Source: Blastocatellia bacterium (GTDB lineage: Bacteria > Acidobacteriota > Blastocatellia > RBC074). From it: a stretch of 56,834 nucleotides of DNA. This document shows positions 1-9,803 of this stretch, in pieces. Each line of letters opens with the position of its first letter. Within the stretch, counting starts at the first letter, position 1. The notes under the pieces are model-generated. The model was not told the DNA's origin and searched no databases. It worked only from the letters and a program-made list of their open reading frames with translations. Position numbers and translations under genes: made by a program. Location of the stretch: NCBI GenBank assembly GCA_031398365.1, contig JANNND010000012.1:1-56834 (forward strand). Direction: 5' to 3'.

Positions 1-195
1 AGGCGCGTGCAGACCGTGTTGACGGGGATGAAACCCGCGCAGGCGCAACTGCTGATGTTGCGGCAAAGTGGGCTTTCCTATCAGGAGTTGGCGGAAATCT
101 TTGGCGTCAAAGCCAGTTCGATTGGTACGTTGCTGGCGCGCGCGGAAGCGGATTTTGAGAAGCGCTTTCGTGAACTCTATGGAGCGGTGAAATAG
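1..195 (+). CDS. ECF-type sigma-70 factor, C-terminal fragment (5' end lies outside the window)
   Basis: The frame is open from the window edge. LSYQELAEIFGVKASSIGTLLARAEADF looks like a sigma-70 region 4.2 HTH. A zf-HC2 anti-sigma gene follows 26 nt downstream. Confidence 0.8.
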   Translation, partial: RRVQTVLTGMKPAQAQLLMLRQSGLSYQELAEIFGVKASSIGTLLARAEADFEKRFRELYGAVK

Positions 196-221
196 CAGGT
201 ACTGCTCAGGAGTAGGAACTT

Positions 222-1682
222 ATGATTTGTCTTGACGAAGGAATTTTACGGTCTCATTTAGACGGCGAACTGACCGAATATGAAACGCTGTCGGTGAATC
301 GTCACTTGAGCTTGTGCGATCATTGTCGGCACAGCTACGAAATAATCGCGGCGCGCGCGCACAGCTTTAATGCCTTGCTGGCCGATTTGTCGCCGCTGCC
401 CAGCGAATTGCGTACGGATTCATTTGCCGCTCAATGTGCCTTCACGCGGTTCAAGGCGCAATACGAAGTGGATTTCGATACGGTCACGTTCGTTCGTCCC
501 GCGACTGCAAATTTGACTTTAATGATCCCTGAGGCGGGAAATTTGTGGGCGCGGCTGTTTTCTTCGGCCCAACAATTCGTGCGGGATTTCGGCAAGCGTG
601 TGCCACGCGTAAGCACAACAGGCGAGTTTCGTTTCCTGCTCTCGGATGAAGCTTTGTTCGCGCGTCTGCCCCGTGCGGCGCGCGCCAATTGGGAAGAGTT
701 TCGACGCAATCCGCAAGGTTTTCTCGCGCAACTGGTGCACGGTGAGGGAAGCAATCCGGTGCGCCGTCGCCGCTTGCAAACGGGTCTGGCAACCGCCATG
801 GCTTCATATGTCTTGGTGTTTACGACTTTAATCGTGGCTGGTGCCTTAAACTTCAACAAAAACGAAAAGCCTTCTGATTTGAAGGTGATCGAATTTATCA
901 AACTTTCGTCTCCGCCCCCGCTGACAACCAAAGCGGAAACAGGGCCGGATGAAGCTCCCACTGGAAAAGGGGGCTTTACGGGTGGCAGCAAAGCAAACGC
1001 GGATCCCGCGCGTGGCGGCGGCGGCGGTGGGCGTAATGAGGTGTTGCCCGCAACGCAAGGCGATCTGCCGCAAATGTCGCCCGTACCACAAGTGATGCCG
1101 CCGAATCCTGACCCAGTGACCATAGATTCGACCTTGGTGGTTTCAGAAACCACGGTAGGGGATGAAGCTTTGTCGAAACCTTTGCCACGTCCGACAGGCT
1201 TGAAAGATGGGGCGGATGCGCCGCCCGCGAGCGGCAATGGCAGCAATGCCGGTATTGGCAGCGGACAAGGCACGGGCGCGGGACAGGGTGTAGGAGCAGG
1301 GCAGGGCGCAGGCTACCTTAACAATCAAGGCAGTGGCGAAGCTCAGCAGGGAGGCGGGTTGAGCAGCAACAATGCGGGCTTGGGGAACGGGGTAGAAATC
1401 TTTGACGCGACCTATAATTTACAGCCCAAAATTTTAGCCAAAGAAAAAGCTGCTTACACGGAAGACGCGCGCAAACAAGGGATTCGCGGTTCTGTAATCC
1501 TGAGTGTGATATTTGGAGCAGATGGTCGTATGTACAATGTGCAAATCATTCGTGGCTTACCCGAAGGGTTAACCGAAACCGCGATTGCCGCCGCCCGCAA
1601 GATCAAATTCCGCCCAGCGATCAAAAACGGCACACCTGTGAATGTGCGGATGCAGGTGGTTTTTGAGTTCAATTTGCTCTAA
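222..1682 (+). CDS. Anti-sigma factor (zf-HC2) fused through a TM segment and a Gly/Pro-rich linker to a TonB C-terminal domain
   Basis: N-terminus HLSLCDHCRH (HxxxCxxC, zf-HC2). TM segment LATAMASYVLVFTTLIVAGAL. G/P/Q low-complexity linker. C-terminus GIRGSVILSVIF..GLPEGLTETAIAAARKIKFRPAIKNGTPVNV is TonB_C-like. Confidence 0.8.
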   Translation: MICLDEGILRSHLDGELTEYETLSVNRHLSLCDHCRHSYEIIAARAHSFNALLADLSPLPSELRTDSFAAQCAFTRFKAQYEVDFDTVTFVRPATANLTLMIPEAGNLWARLFSSAQQFVRDFGKRVPRVSTTGEFRFLLSDEALFARLPRAARANWEEFRRNPQGFLAQLVHGEGSNPVRRRRLQTGLATAMASYVLVFTTLIVAGALNFNKNEKPSDLKVIEFIKLSSPPPLTTKAETGPDEAPTGKGGFTGGSKANADPARGGGGGGRNEVLPATQGDLPQMSPVPQVMPPNPDPVTIDSTLVVSETTVGDEALSKPLPRPTGLKDGADAPPASGNGSNAGIGSGQGTGAGQGVGAGQGAGYLNNQGSGEAQQGGGLSSNNAGLGNGVEIFDATYNLQPKILAKEKAAYTEDARKQGIRGSVILSVIFGADGRMYNVQIIRGLPEGLTETAIAAARKIKFRPAIKNGTPVNVRMQVVFEFNLL

Positions 1683-1961
1683 GCATTGATCGTTTACTGC
1701 CAAATCAGCCGAGTAGAAAAATATCAGCTCAAAACGCAGTTCTGAATGGGTAGCGCGATTTGCCAAATCGCGTTAACCCCGGATTGTTTTTGCCCACTTA
1801 CTTATGCCTTTTGGTGTTATTTACGAACGAGATAACATCCTGGCGGTGAAGGCTGGGCAGGCTTACTCGATAGCAAGTAAATGAAAAACCAGATATTCGA
1901 AAAGCGGCAAAACTCGCCTCAATGCCATAAAAAACGAGACAGGCACAGCAAAGCCAGACAC

Positions 1962-1989
1962 AAAAAAAAGGCGATGGTTGCCCATCGCC
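1962..1989 (-). terminator. Rho-independent terminator of the glycine-zipper gene
   Basis: 8-bp GC stem ggcgatgg/ccatcgcc with a 4-nt loop, followed on the minus strand by a T8 tract (A8 at 1962-1969 on plus). Confidence 0.8.
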
Positions 1990-2049
1990 CTTAGTCAGAA
2001 AGTATTTGAGAGAGTCTGAAAGGTACTGATTACGAATCAGGAAATTTTG

Positions 2050-2451
2050 TTAGTAGCGACGATTCTTTTCTTTGTTGCGGTGATACAAGTAACCACCGAC
2101 TGCGCCCGCTACACCACCAATCACTGCGCCTTTGCGACCACCCATTAAAGCACCGCCACCTACACCAATCGCTGCGCCAATGCCAGTCCGCTTCAATCCA
2201 TCGTTACGGCTCCGGTTGCGATCATAATCATAGTTCGCATCGTCCTCATAACGATAATCGCGATTGCGACGGGACGCGCGGTCACGCTGATAATTATCGT
2301 CACGGTTGTCATAATTCACATACTGCGCATCACGATTGCGGGTACGACAATTACTTCTTCCTTGCGCAAACACGCTCGGCGCGACTGAGGTGAGCAGGAT
2401 TCCAGCCATTAACACAAATGCGAAAACTGATTTATGTATTGATCTAATCAT
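2050..2451 (-). CDS. Small secreted protein with a charged R/N/D/Y-rich region and a C-terminal glycine-zipper segment
   Basis: Signal peptide VFAFVLMAGILLTSVAPSVFAQG. Glycine zipper GIGAAIGVGGGALMGGRKGAVIGGVAGAVGG. SD GGAGGAAAAG upstream of the ATG. Confidence 0.65.
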   Translation of the reverse strand: MIRSIHKSVFAFVLMAGILLTSVAPSVFAQGRSNCRTRNRDAQYVNYDNRDDNYQRDRASRRNRDYRYEDDANYDYDRNRSRNDGLKRTGIGAAIGVGGGALMGGRKGAVIGGVAGAVGGYLYHRNKEKNRRY

Positions 2452-2827
2452 AAGTCTTTTCCTCCGAGAGTAGGGGTCTCTTCAGACCGCCTGTATTGCT
2501 TGTCAATTCTTGCTCGATCCTCCGTTGCCATTTCAACTTTGGGTCGTGACACCATAACTATAACAATCGTTGTGCCAAACCCTGGTCTCGCCTGCGGTAG
2601 AAGGCGCAAATAGCTTTAGACAACCAAGTTAGCTTCACAATAATGATATCAGTACCAATTCTAGAAAGGAGCAGCAAATCACCATCCCGTGTGCTGTAGT
2701 ACACCAAAGCGTTGAGTCCAGCACTGTGCATCTTCCTGGCAAAAGGGCGAAGGGATATTTGGAAATATAAACTTGAATCGGCAAATCGGGATGATCTTCT
2801 CAAATACTGTCAGGCCACCGTAAAAGA

Positions 2828-2861
2828 ACACGAAAATAGAAAAGGGAGTCGTTGGACTCCC
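2828..2861 (-). terminator. Rho-independent terminator downstream of the 2986-3537 gene
   Basis: Stem gggagtc/gactccc (2844-2850 / 2855-2861) with loop gttg, followed on the minus strand by ttttctattttcg. Confidence 0.6.
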
Positions 2862-2985
2862 TAGTTCGGCAGCGTCTCAGCCATAGAAATTAAGCTGCCA
2901 GTTGCGCCACATCTTATCACTCGTTTTATCAATTTCTCAAAATCTTTCCTGAATTTGTGCGTCTCCCACCACGAACGTAGCGGAT

Positions 2986-3537
2986 TTATTTTTTGCTGCC
3001 TTTGCACTTGGTCAAGGTGATGTCCTCAACATAAGCTTTAAGGTCGCCCTTATCGCGTTTGATAAGCAATTGATCAAGGAAATCAACTTTTACCTTGGGC
3101 TTGGTCTTAAGGATGGACTCATACATTCTGAGTGTGCCTGTTAGCCCTGCCAGACTCACGACCACGTTGTCTTTCGCCTGTTCGGGATGGGCAATGATAA
3201 AAGCCGCACTGGCGTAAGTCATTTGCGTGGCAAGCTCTGCCTCATTGTTTTTATTCTTTGTCCCGAACAAGGGCGACAGATAAGCAGGACAAATTTCTAA
3301 AGATATATCTGGCACCTCAATTAACTATAATAAAAGCCATTCTCGGGCTTTCTTGGCGTCTTTATGGAGAGGCTCTTCTTCAAGTAAGCGGGCGATCTTA
3401 ACCGCAGTGGAACGCTCCTCCGGGGTTGAAGGGCCTCGTTTGCTTTGGGCTATCCCGGTAAGGCAGAGAATAAGACAAAAAAGAGAAAGCGTAAGTATGC
3501 GTAACACGTTGGTCATATAAAATCCTTTCTGTTTCAT
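2986..3537 (-). pseudogene. Secreted hypothetical protein interrupted by a single in-frame TAG (alternatively two small adjacent genes)
   Basis: ORFs 3325-3537 and 2986-3315 are in the same frame, separated only by TAG at 3325-3327 plus 3 sense codons. The upstream part carries the signal peptide. The downstream ORF would have to start at GTG, and no SD is visible. Confidence 0.4.
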
Positions 3538-3540
3538 AGC

Positions 3541-4722
3541 TTAGGGGCCGTTTTTGTTGGTCTCTGTGCCATAGCAGCGCGGCACACGCGCCGAAATATT
3601 GCAGGCGATTTCATAGGAAATGGTGCCAATTTGGGCGGCTAAATCCTCGGCGGAAATACGCAAGCCTTTCTGCTTGCCCAATAAAATCACTTCGTCACCA
3701 AGTTCGACAGCGCCCACATCCGTCACATCCAAAATCGTCAAATCCATACTGATTCTGCCCACGATGGGGGCCAGATGGCCGCGCACGATCACCCCTCCAT
3801 TGTTGGAATGCGCGCGCTGGAAGCCATCAGCGTAGCCAATCGGGATAGTAGCAATGCGGCTGTCGCGTGTGGTGGTGAAGGTTCGCCCATAACCCAATGT
3901 CGTTCCGGGAGGAACCATCTTCAGATGGATAATACGCGAATGCAATGACAGCACCGGCTTGACCGCAAAGGCTTCCGGTTCAGACGCAATTACGTCGCGT
4001 GTGAAGCCATACATTGCCGCGCCAGCGCGGGCAAGATTTCCCCAAGCGGTCGGATGTGCATGGATGCCTGCGCTATTTGCCAGGTGTTTCCACGTGGGCG
4101 CAAATCCGGCTTCGCTTACGATGCGCAACGCTTCGTGAAAGCGTTCAATTTGTAAATTGGTGAACGCGTGATCCGACGCTTCAGCTTCGGCAAAATGCGT
4201 CAGCATCCCGTCCAGTTTAAGGTTGGGAAATTTTCGGAGCGCGCGCACAAAGGCTGATAGTTCTGCCAGGGGAATGCCAAGCCGGCCCATCCCGGTATCT
4301 ACTTTAAGGTGATAATCCACAATGCGCTGCGCTTGTGCGGCTTGCTCATGCAATTCTTCTGCTGCGTCCAACCGAAATAACACTGGCGTCAGATCTTGCC
4401 TGACAACCGCCTCTGCTTGTCCATGCCAAAAACCACCGAGACACAAAATCGGGCGTGTGATGCCAGCCTCTCGTAACTCCATTCCCTCTTCAACTAACGC
4501 AACGCCAAACCAGTCGCAGTAAGGTTCAAGCGCACGCGCGCATTCGACCGCACCGTGTCCGTAGGCATTGGCTTTGACGACCGCCATCAGTTGCGTCTGA
4601 GGCGGCAGCAGGCGTTTGATCAGGTTGTAGTTATGGGTGAGGTTGGGCAGCGAGATTTCAGCCCAGGTGGGACGCGCGGAGCGGGGAGTCGCGATTGGAG
4701 ATGGGAGGTTGGACATCACCAT
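3541..4722 (-). CDS. alr: Alanine racemase
   Basis: PLP-lysine motif [11 protein letters not shown] and full-length alr-like architecture. Its start ATG overlaps the dnaB stop (TAATG at 4720-4724). Confidence 0.9.
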   Translation of the reverse strand: MVMSNLPSPIATPRSARPTWAEISLPNLTHNYNLIKRLLPPQTQLMAVVKANAYGHGAVECARALEPYCDWFGVALVEEGMELREAGITRPILCLGGFWHGQAEAVVRQDLTPVLFRLDAAEELHEQAAQAQRIVDYHLKVDTGMGRLGIPLAELSAFVRALRKFPNLKLDGMLTHFAEAEASDHAFTNLQIERFHEALRIVSEAGFAPTWKHLANSAGIHAHPTAWGNLARAGAAMYGFTRDVIASEPEAFAVKPVLSLHSRIIHLKMVPPGTTLGYGRTFTTTRDSRIATIPIGYADGFQRAHSNNGGVIVRGHLAPIVGRISMDLTILDVTDVGAVELGDEVILLGKQKGLRISAEDLAAQIGTISYEIACNISARVPRCYGTETNKNGP

Positions 4723-7358
4723 TACTCTCGATATTTGTCTTCAAAGCGTGTGAGTTGTTTGAGGAAAACCAATTCAACATCGCCAATCGGCCCATTGCGC
4801 TGTTTGCCAATGATGATTTCCGCGACATTCTGTTTTTCAGTTTCGGGGTTGTAGACTTCGTCGCGGTAAATAAACATCACGATGTCGGCGTCTTGCTCAA
4901 TTGAATTATGGACTATAAACTCTTGTGAAATAAAGTTTTGCCGCTTCGGAACGGTCAAGTCAAAAACCTCTTCTTCTCTGTCCATCTCAATCGAAACGAT
5001 TTCGTCCCAGTAAATATCGCTTGCAGCTAAACACCGTAATGGTTCCGATTGAATCGTTTCCGCAATTCTAATTGCACGTTCGCGACTCACATTTTGACTG
5101 AAAAGATTGACTCCCGTGAGTCCACCATTTAGCCGCCGCAACATTTGTCGTGGCGATATGTTGGGTTGATTCAAAACCGGGCGGACATAAATTTCCCAGA
5201 AATCTCTTGGAATAACATCGCGATTTGTTTTCGCCAAGCGGGGGCGTAAGTATTCTTTGATTTGATTCAGGCTATCCGTTTTATATTTGCCTACCGCGCC
5301 AATTAAATTAGCAAAACGTTCTACGTCTCCTTTACCAGTGATTGAAACATGAAATTGGTCTCGCCCTTTTCCATTTTGCGACCTTCTTCTAAGCCAGGCA
5401 TTGATTCCGAGTCGTAGCAACAGCGCTTGTACATCTCTGGCCAGTTGCTCACTGCTCGACGCATAATAAACCGCAATTGGATAAAACCCTGGCTTCATCC
5501 GAATGCAGCCGTCCGTTGCCCACAAGTGCCTTAAAAACGTGGCAATTGCGTTTGCTGGTTGCATAAAGACTTTTTGCGGCACGCGCTTCTCATGCGAGCG
5601 CAAACCCCAAACGCCCAAATCCATCAACCATTCGGTCACAGCGCTGCGTACATTGTGTGTGTGATGACGATTGGAAGATAAGTAGACCTGATACCAGCTT
5701 CGCTCCTGTTTGACGCGCGGTGTGATTTCAGCACCGAAGACATCCACTGCCAGATTGGCAACCGTCTCCGCCAAATCATGTTCATTGGTTGTGTACTGAA
5801 TCGCGTGGCGCGGCAACGTACAACCATCGCCAATCAGATGCCCCAGCAACGCGAGTTCAGCGTTTGTCATAGTTTGTGTTGTGGGGCTGGAGACTTGGCG
5901 AGGTAAGGCCAAGCGTACTCCGATTTGCAACTCGTCTAACCGCTGCCAGCCGAGAAAGGTTCTGAACTTATGATTCGCCGTCGCGCGAATTGTGCGCCCC
6001 AGTTTCGTCGTCAATTTGAAGACGGACTTGACGCCAGTCGAAAAAGCATTGCTCACCAGGGCGCGTTCGACTTGCATGGTTTCTTCATTCAAAGCCCACA
6101 CTGCAAAGCCTGCTTGACCCACTAAATCTTTGATTGGCACGCGCTCGCCTGTATCTGCTAACGTCACCAAACTCTCGCCCGCCAAGCATCCCGATTCACG
6201 CAAGTCTGAAAGCATAGGTCGGTGATCAGAACGGGACTCAACCGCGCGGGAAAGCTGGGACAGGGCGATGACGGGGATATTCATTTCCTTCGCAATAGCT
6301 TTCAGGTCACGGGAAATTTGCGAGACTTCCTGTTGGCGCGATTCGGTGCGTCCCTTCCCACTCATGAGTTGCAGATAGTCCACAATAATCATGTCCAACC
6401 CGCGCTGTTCATTTTTGAGGCGGCGAATCTTGGCGCGCATTTCGAGCGAAGAAATCGCGGGCGTATCGTCAAGAAAAATTTGCGCTTCCGCCAATTCGCT
6501 GACGCCCATTGCCAGATGCCGCCAATCTTCTTTGCTGAGCATTCCGGTGCGCAAGCGATGCGCGTCAATGCGGGCTTGCGCACAAAGCATGCGCTGCACA
6601 AGCTGTTCCTTGCTCATTTCCAGCGAGAAGATGCCGACAATCGCTTTGCTGCCGTGATGTTGCTGTTTCATCGCCGCGTTCTGCGCGATATTAAGGCAGA
6701 ACGCGGTTTTGCCCATTGACGGTCTGGCAGCAATGATAATCAGATCACCGCGCTGCAACCCGGAGGTCATGTAATCCAGATCGCGGAAGCCAGTCGAAAT
6801 GCCAGTGACCAGTTGTTCGCGTCCGGCAATTTCTTCGATGTGTTGGAGTTGTTTGTGTGCGACTTCGCTGATGGGCACGAAGCCCTGGCGAATGCGGTCT
6901 TCGGCGATGGAGAGAATCGCGCGCTCGGCTTCGTCCAGCAATACGTCGGGTTCATCCTCGGCGTCGAAGCAGCGATTCATGATCTGATTCGACGTCGTGA
7001 TGAGCTTGCGCGTGATGGATTTGCCTTTGACGATGTGGCAGTACTCAAAGATGTTCGAGAAGCGCGGAACCCCATCAATTAACGCTCCGATGAATGCTGC
7101 GCCGCCGATCAAATCCAGATCGCCAGCTTGCTTAAGCGAATCCTGCAAGGTGATCGGGTCAATGGCGCGGCCCTGCTCCATCAGATAGAGCATTTTGTCG
7201 TAGATGCGGCGATGCGAGTCGAGGAAAAAATCATCGCGCCGCAGCATTTCGGCAGCCTGATTGATGGTTTGATTGTCGAGCAAAATTGCGCCGAGGATTG
7301 AGCGCTCGGCTTCGATGTTACTCGGTAAAGCTCTATCAAATGGGGAATCCTTCGCCAT
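4722..7358 (-). CDS. dnaB: Replicative DNA helicase DnaB, interrupted by an intein
   Basis: N-terminus [15 protein letters not shown]. Walker [12 protein letters not shown]. The exteins ...LSDLRESG / [16 protein letters not shown] rejoin into a canonical DnaB. I prefer the ATG at 7358 over the GTG at 7400. Confidence 0.92.
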   Translation of the reverse strand: MAKDSPFDRALPSNIEAERSILGAILLDNQTINQAAEMLRRDDFFLDSHRRIYDKMLYLMEQGRAIDPITLQDSLKQAGDLDLIGGAAFIGALIDGVPRFSNIFEYCHIVKGKSITRKLITTSNQIMNRCFDAEDEPDVLLDEAERAILSIAEDRIRQGFVPISEVAHKQLQHIEEIAGREQLVTGISTGFRDLDYMTSGLQRGDLIIIAARPSMGKTAFCLNIAQNAAMKQQHHGSKAIVGIFSLEMSKEQLVQRMLCAQARIDAHRLRTGMLSKEDWRHLAMGVSELAEAQIFLDDTPAISSLEMRAKIRRLKNEQRGLDMIIVDYLQLMSGKGRTESRQQEVSQISRDLKAIAKEMNIPVIALSQLSRAVESRSDHRPMLSDLRESGCLAGESLVTLADTGERVPIKDLVGQAGFAVWALNEETMQVERALVSNAFSTGVKSVFKLTTKLGRTIRATANHKFRTFLGWQRLDELQIGVRLALPRQVSSPTTQTMTNAELALLGHLIGDGCTLPRHAIQYTTNEHDLAETVANLAVDVFGAEITPRVKQERSWYQVYLSSNRHHTHNVRSAVTEWLMDLGVWGLRSHEKRVPQKVFMQPANAIATFLRHLWATDGCIRMKPGFYPIAVYYASSSEQLARDVQALLLRLGINAWLRRRSQNGKGRDQFHVSITGKGDVERFANLIGAVGKYKTDSLNQIKEYLRPRLAKTNRDVIPRDFWEIYVRPVLNQPNISPRQMLRRLNGGLTGVNLFSQNVSRERAIRIAETIQSEPLRCLAASDIYWDEIVSIEMDREEEVFDLTVPKRQNFISQEFIVHNSIEQDADIVMFIYRDEVYNPETEKQNVAEIIIGKQRNGPIGDVELVFLKQLTRFEDKYRE
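4905..6188 (-). mobile_element. DnaB intein (428 aa) with a LAGLIDADG homing-endonuclease insert
   Basis: Starts Cys405 ([22 protein letters not shown]) and ends ...EFIVHN, followed by Ser. Two LAGLIDADG-like blocks are present ([21 protein letters not shown]). The insertion point and block sequences match the Synechocystis DnaB intein as I recall it. Confidence 0.9.
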
Positions 7359-7427
7359 GTGGTTTTCGGGAGTAGGTGGCGTTGCGCCACAGCGTTTCAC
7401 AGCTTACAACGCAGAAAATAAGCTGCG

Positions 7428-7730
7428 CTAATCAGCGTCAATCTGCGGCTCAGCCGTTTTGTCTTTCAGTTTTTCGCCAGCGGTTTGCTGGTCGTCGGTT
7501 TGTCCGGTCATCTTATCTTTCTGGTATTCGATAGCGGCCTTGGCTTGCGGACGGAAGGCGATTTGATCGAAGGCCATCATGCCGCTGCTGATAAGTCCCG
7601 GCTCTTCTTTTGCGCGTTGTTTGTACTCTTCGTCCGTCATTTTTGCGCGTTTGCCCTGTTCGGCCAGCAACGACCAGAACATCAACACGACTAAGCCAAT
7701 TGCTGCTAGCCAAATGATTGCGTCGGTCAT
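7428..7730 (-). CDS. Small membrane-anchored hypothetical protein
   Basis: The ATG at 7730 is preceded by AGGAG. One TM segment (IIWLAAIGLVVLMFWSLL) and a charged C-terminus. The longer ORF start at 7781 would read through a terminator hairpin. Confidence 0.5.
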   Translation of the reverse strand: MTDAIIWLAAIGLVVLMFWSLLAEQGKRAKMTDEEYKQRAKEEPGLISSGMMAFDQIAFRPQAKAAIEYQKDKMTGQTDDQQTAGEKLKDKTAEPQIDAD

Positions 7731-7758
7731 TTTATTGCTCCTGAAAGGTGGGCCAAAG

Positions 7759-7802
7759 AAGAAAGCGGAGCTTGAACTCATACGCTCTCGCTCCGCTTTC
7801 TT
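7759..7802 (-). terminator. Hairpin terminator after rplI
   Basis: 13-bp perfect inverted repeat aagaaagcggagc / gctccgctttctt with an 18-nt loop. T-rich 3' side on the minus strand. Confidence 0.5.
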
Positions 7803-7834
7803 TATCTCAAAGACTGCCGGATTTGTACAGGCTT

Positions 7835-8293
7835 TTAGGCTTCTTCTTTTTTGACCACAACCTTGAGGTTCGCTGTTACCTCACGATGTAACTTGACCGG
7901 AATTTCAAATTCGCCTACTTCCTTGATTGGTTCGGCCAATTGAATTTTTCGACGATCAATCTCGAAACCTTTTCCTGCAATCGCTTCGGCAATATCCATC
8001 GAAGTCACTGAGCCATACAGCACGCCGTGTTCTCCGACCTTACGCGCGAATTCCAGCGAGAGGGATTGCAATAAGGCTGCTTGACCTTCTGCCGAGGATT
8101 TGTCGGCTGCCGCTTTTTTCAGCAAGGTTTCGCGCTGCTTGCTGATCGCTTTGACATTGGCGGCGGTTGCCTGCACTGCCAGTTTGCGCGGCAATAAAAA
8201 ATTGCGGCCATAACCAGGGCGCACTTTGACGAGTTCGCCGCGCAGCCCCAGAAATTCTACATCTTCACGTAACAAAAGCTCCATTTGTGCCAT
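7835..8293 (-). CDS. rplI: 50S ribosomal protein L9
   Basis: LLREDVEFLGLRGELVKVRPGYGRNFLLPRKLAV is the L9 N-domain signature. Position after rpsR fits. Confidence 0.92.
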   Translation of the reverse strand: MAQMELLLREDVEFLGLRGELVKVRPGYGRNFLLPRKLAVQATAANVKAISKQRETLLKKAAADKSSAEGQAALLQSLSLEFARKVGEHGVLYGSVTSMDIAEAIAGKGFEIDRRKIQLAEPIKEVGEFEIPVKLHREVTANLKVVVKKEEA

Positions 8294-8311
8294 AACAATA
8301 ACTCCTTCACT

Positions 8312-8602
8312 TTAGGCTTGAACGTAAGGCAATAAGGCAATCGTCCGCGCGCGTTTGATTGCTTCTGCGATTTTGCGCTGCTGCAACGCGCTGACACCCG
8401 ACAAACGGGCCGGCAAAATCTTGCCGTTTTCGGTCAGGAAGGATTGCAGCAATTTCACGTCCTTGTAATCAATATAATCAATTTTCTCGGCGGACAACTT
8501 GGATGAACGGCGACGGCGGCTGGAGGGCATGGGCGCATTCATCGGCCTTCTGGGTCCGTCATTGCGATCATTGCGATCATTTCTCTCATTTGGTCTTGGC
8601 AT
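8312..8602 (-). CDS. rpsR: 30S ribosomal protein S18
   Basis: [58 protein letters not shown] upstream. Confidence 0.92.
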   Translation of the reverse strand: MPRPNERNDRNDRNDGPRRPMNAPMPSSRRRRSSKLSAEKIDYIDYKDVKLLQSFLTENGKILPARLSGVSALQQRKIAEAIKRARTIALLPYVQA

Positions 8603-8659
8603 AATTATCTCCTCAAAAAATCGTGCATCGAAGGCGGACTGACTTTGGCAGCCGACCGC

Positions 8660-9070
8660 TTACGAATCGAATTCGTCGCCTCCATCGTCATCATCATCAT
8701 CGGCTTCGCTATCCGCACCAGTGGCGGAAGCGGCCTTCACCGAGACGCGCCGCTTGGCTTTGAGTTTAGCCGCGCGTTTGATGTCTTCATCAGTGCGCAC
8801 TGTCATATGGCGAATGACCAAGTCATTCACGCGCAAGCGGCGTTCGACTTCGGCAATCTCTTTGCCACTGCCTTCAATGTACAAAACGACGTAGACGCCT
8901 TCTTCATATTTGCCAATTTTGTAGGCAAGTTTTTTGCGTCCCCAGTTGTCGGTTTTGGTGATGGTGCCGCCCAGATCGGTGACGACTTTATCCAGTTGGG
9001 AATTTAGTTTGGTGAGATCATCTTCGGTCGTGTTCGGTGCCGTGATGAAAACAATTTCGTAGGTTCTCAA
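8660..9070 (-). CDS. rpsF: 30S ribosomal protein S6 (start re-set to TTG at 9070)
   Basis: (M)RTYEIVFI... is the S6 N-terminus. A perfect SD AAGGAGG lies 7 nt upstream of TTG 9070-9068, so the track start at 9121 adds 17 unlikely residues. Acidic C-terminal tail DSEADDDDDDGGDEFDS. Confidence 0.88.
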   Translation of the reverse strand: MRTYEIVFITAPNTTEDDLTKLNSQLDKVVTDLGGTITKTDNWGRKKLAYKIGKYEEGVYVVLYIEGSGKEIAEVERRLRVNDLVIRHMTVRTDEDIKRAAKLKAKRRVSVKAASATGADSEADDDDDDGGDEFDS

Positions 9071-9145
9071 GAGAAATCCTCCTTGTGGATTTTGGTAAGC
9101 CCAAAGCAATTGTTTGAGCAAGGAGAAAGCCAGGTTAACTGACTT

Positions 9146-9703
9146 CTAGTTATATTTTGACATCGCCTCGGCAATGCCATCTTGCAAAAGAGCTTCGACT
9201 GCATCAGCAGCCTTCAGTATCACTTCATTCAATGTTTCGCGTTCGCTTTTACTAAACTCGCCTAACACGAAATCAGAAAGATTACGGATTAGATGATCGG
9301 GTGCGATGCCGATGCGCAAGCGCGCAAAGCTTTGCGTCCCGATTTCCTTGATGACGGATTTTAAGCCATTTTGCCCACCAGCGCTGCCATCTCGGCGAAT
9401 GCGTAGTTGACCCAGCGGCAAAGCCACATCATCACTAATTATCAAAATGCTCTCGGCCTTGATCTCATATTTCTTCATCAAGGCTGCAACTGCTACGCCG
9501 CTTAAATTCATGAACGTTTGCGGCTTGGTAAGTAAGGCTTCGACCGTCCCCACCTTGGCTTTCGTCGTCACTGACTGAGCTTCCGGCGTTCTCACTGCGC
9601 GTCCCGCGCGGCGCGCTAATTCGTCAATTACGAAAAAACCGCAGTTATGGCGCGTGCGCTCGTATTTGTCGCCCGGATTGCCTAAGCCAACGATCAAGAA
9701 CAT
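9146..9703 (-). CDS. pth: Peptidyl-tRNA hydrolase
   Basis: MFLIVGLGNPGDKYERTRHNCGF signature. The pth-ctc-prs neighbourhood fits. Confidence 0.92.
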   Translation of the reverse strand: MFLIVGLGNPGDKYERTRHNCGFFVIDELARRAGRAVRTPEAQSVTTKAKVGTVEALLTKPQTFMNLSGVAVAALMKKYEIKAESILIISDDVALPLGQLRIRRDGSAGGQNGLKSVIKEIGTQSFARLRIGIAPDHLIRNLSDFVLGEFSKSERETLNEVILKAADAVEALLQDGIAEAMSKYN

Positions 9704-9710
9704 AGCTCAA

Positions 9711-9803
9711 AGTCTATTGAGTCCGTAGGGCCTGTAGAGTCTTGAGAGTCTGAATTTCCAATGACTCATACAGACTTTATAGACTCTATGGACTTTACAG
9801 ACT
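9711..9803. repeat. Imperfect hairpin whose arms are tandem 9-mers (AGTCYNTWG x about 4.5 versus the complement x about 3.5)
   Basis: Arm 1 is agtctattg/agtccgtag/ggcctgtag/agtcttgag/agtctg. The reverse complement of arm 2 is agtctgtaa/agtccatag/agtctataa/agtctg. It fills the ctc-pth intergenic gap. Confidence 0.7.

Noticed and set aside
431-1273. 280-aa minus-strand ORF (plus several 60-110-aa ORFs) opposite the anti-sigma/TonB gene
   Set aside because: It is antisense to a gene with clear zf-HC2 and TonB_C motifs. Its composition is low-complexity Pro/Gly/Arg, mirroring the G/P-rich linker. It is a shadow ORF.
2558-2803. 81-aa TTG-initiated minus-strand ORF with a faint RelE/ParE-like stretch (LVYYSTRDGDLLLLSRIG)
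   Set aside because: The resemblance is too weak. There is no ATG or SD and no room for an antitoxin partner, since a terminator occupies the upstream space. At best it is a toxin-gene remnant, so I did not report it as a feature.
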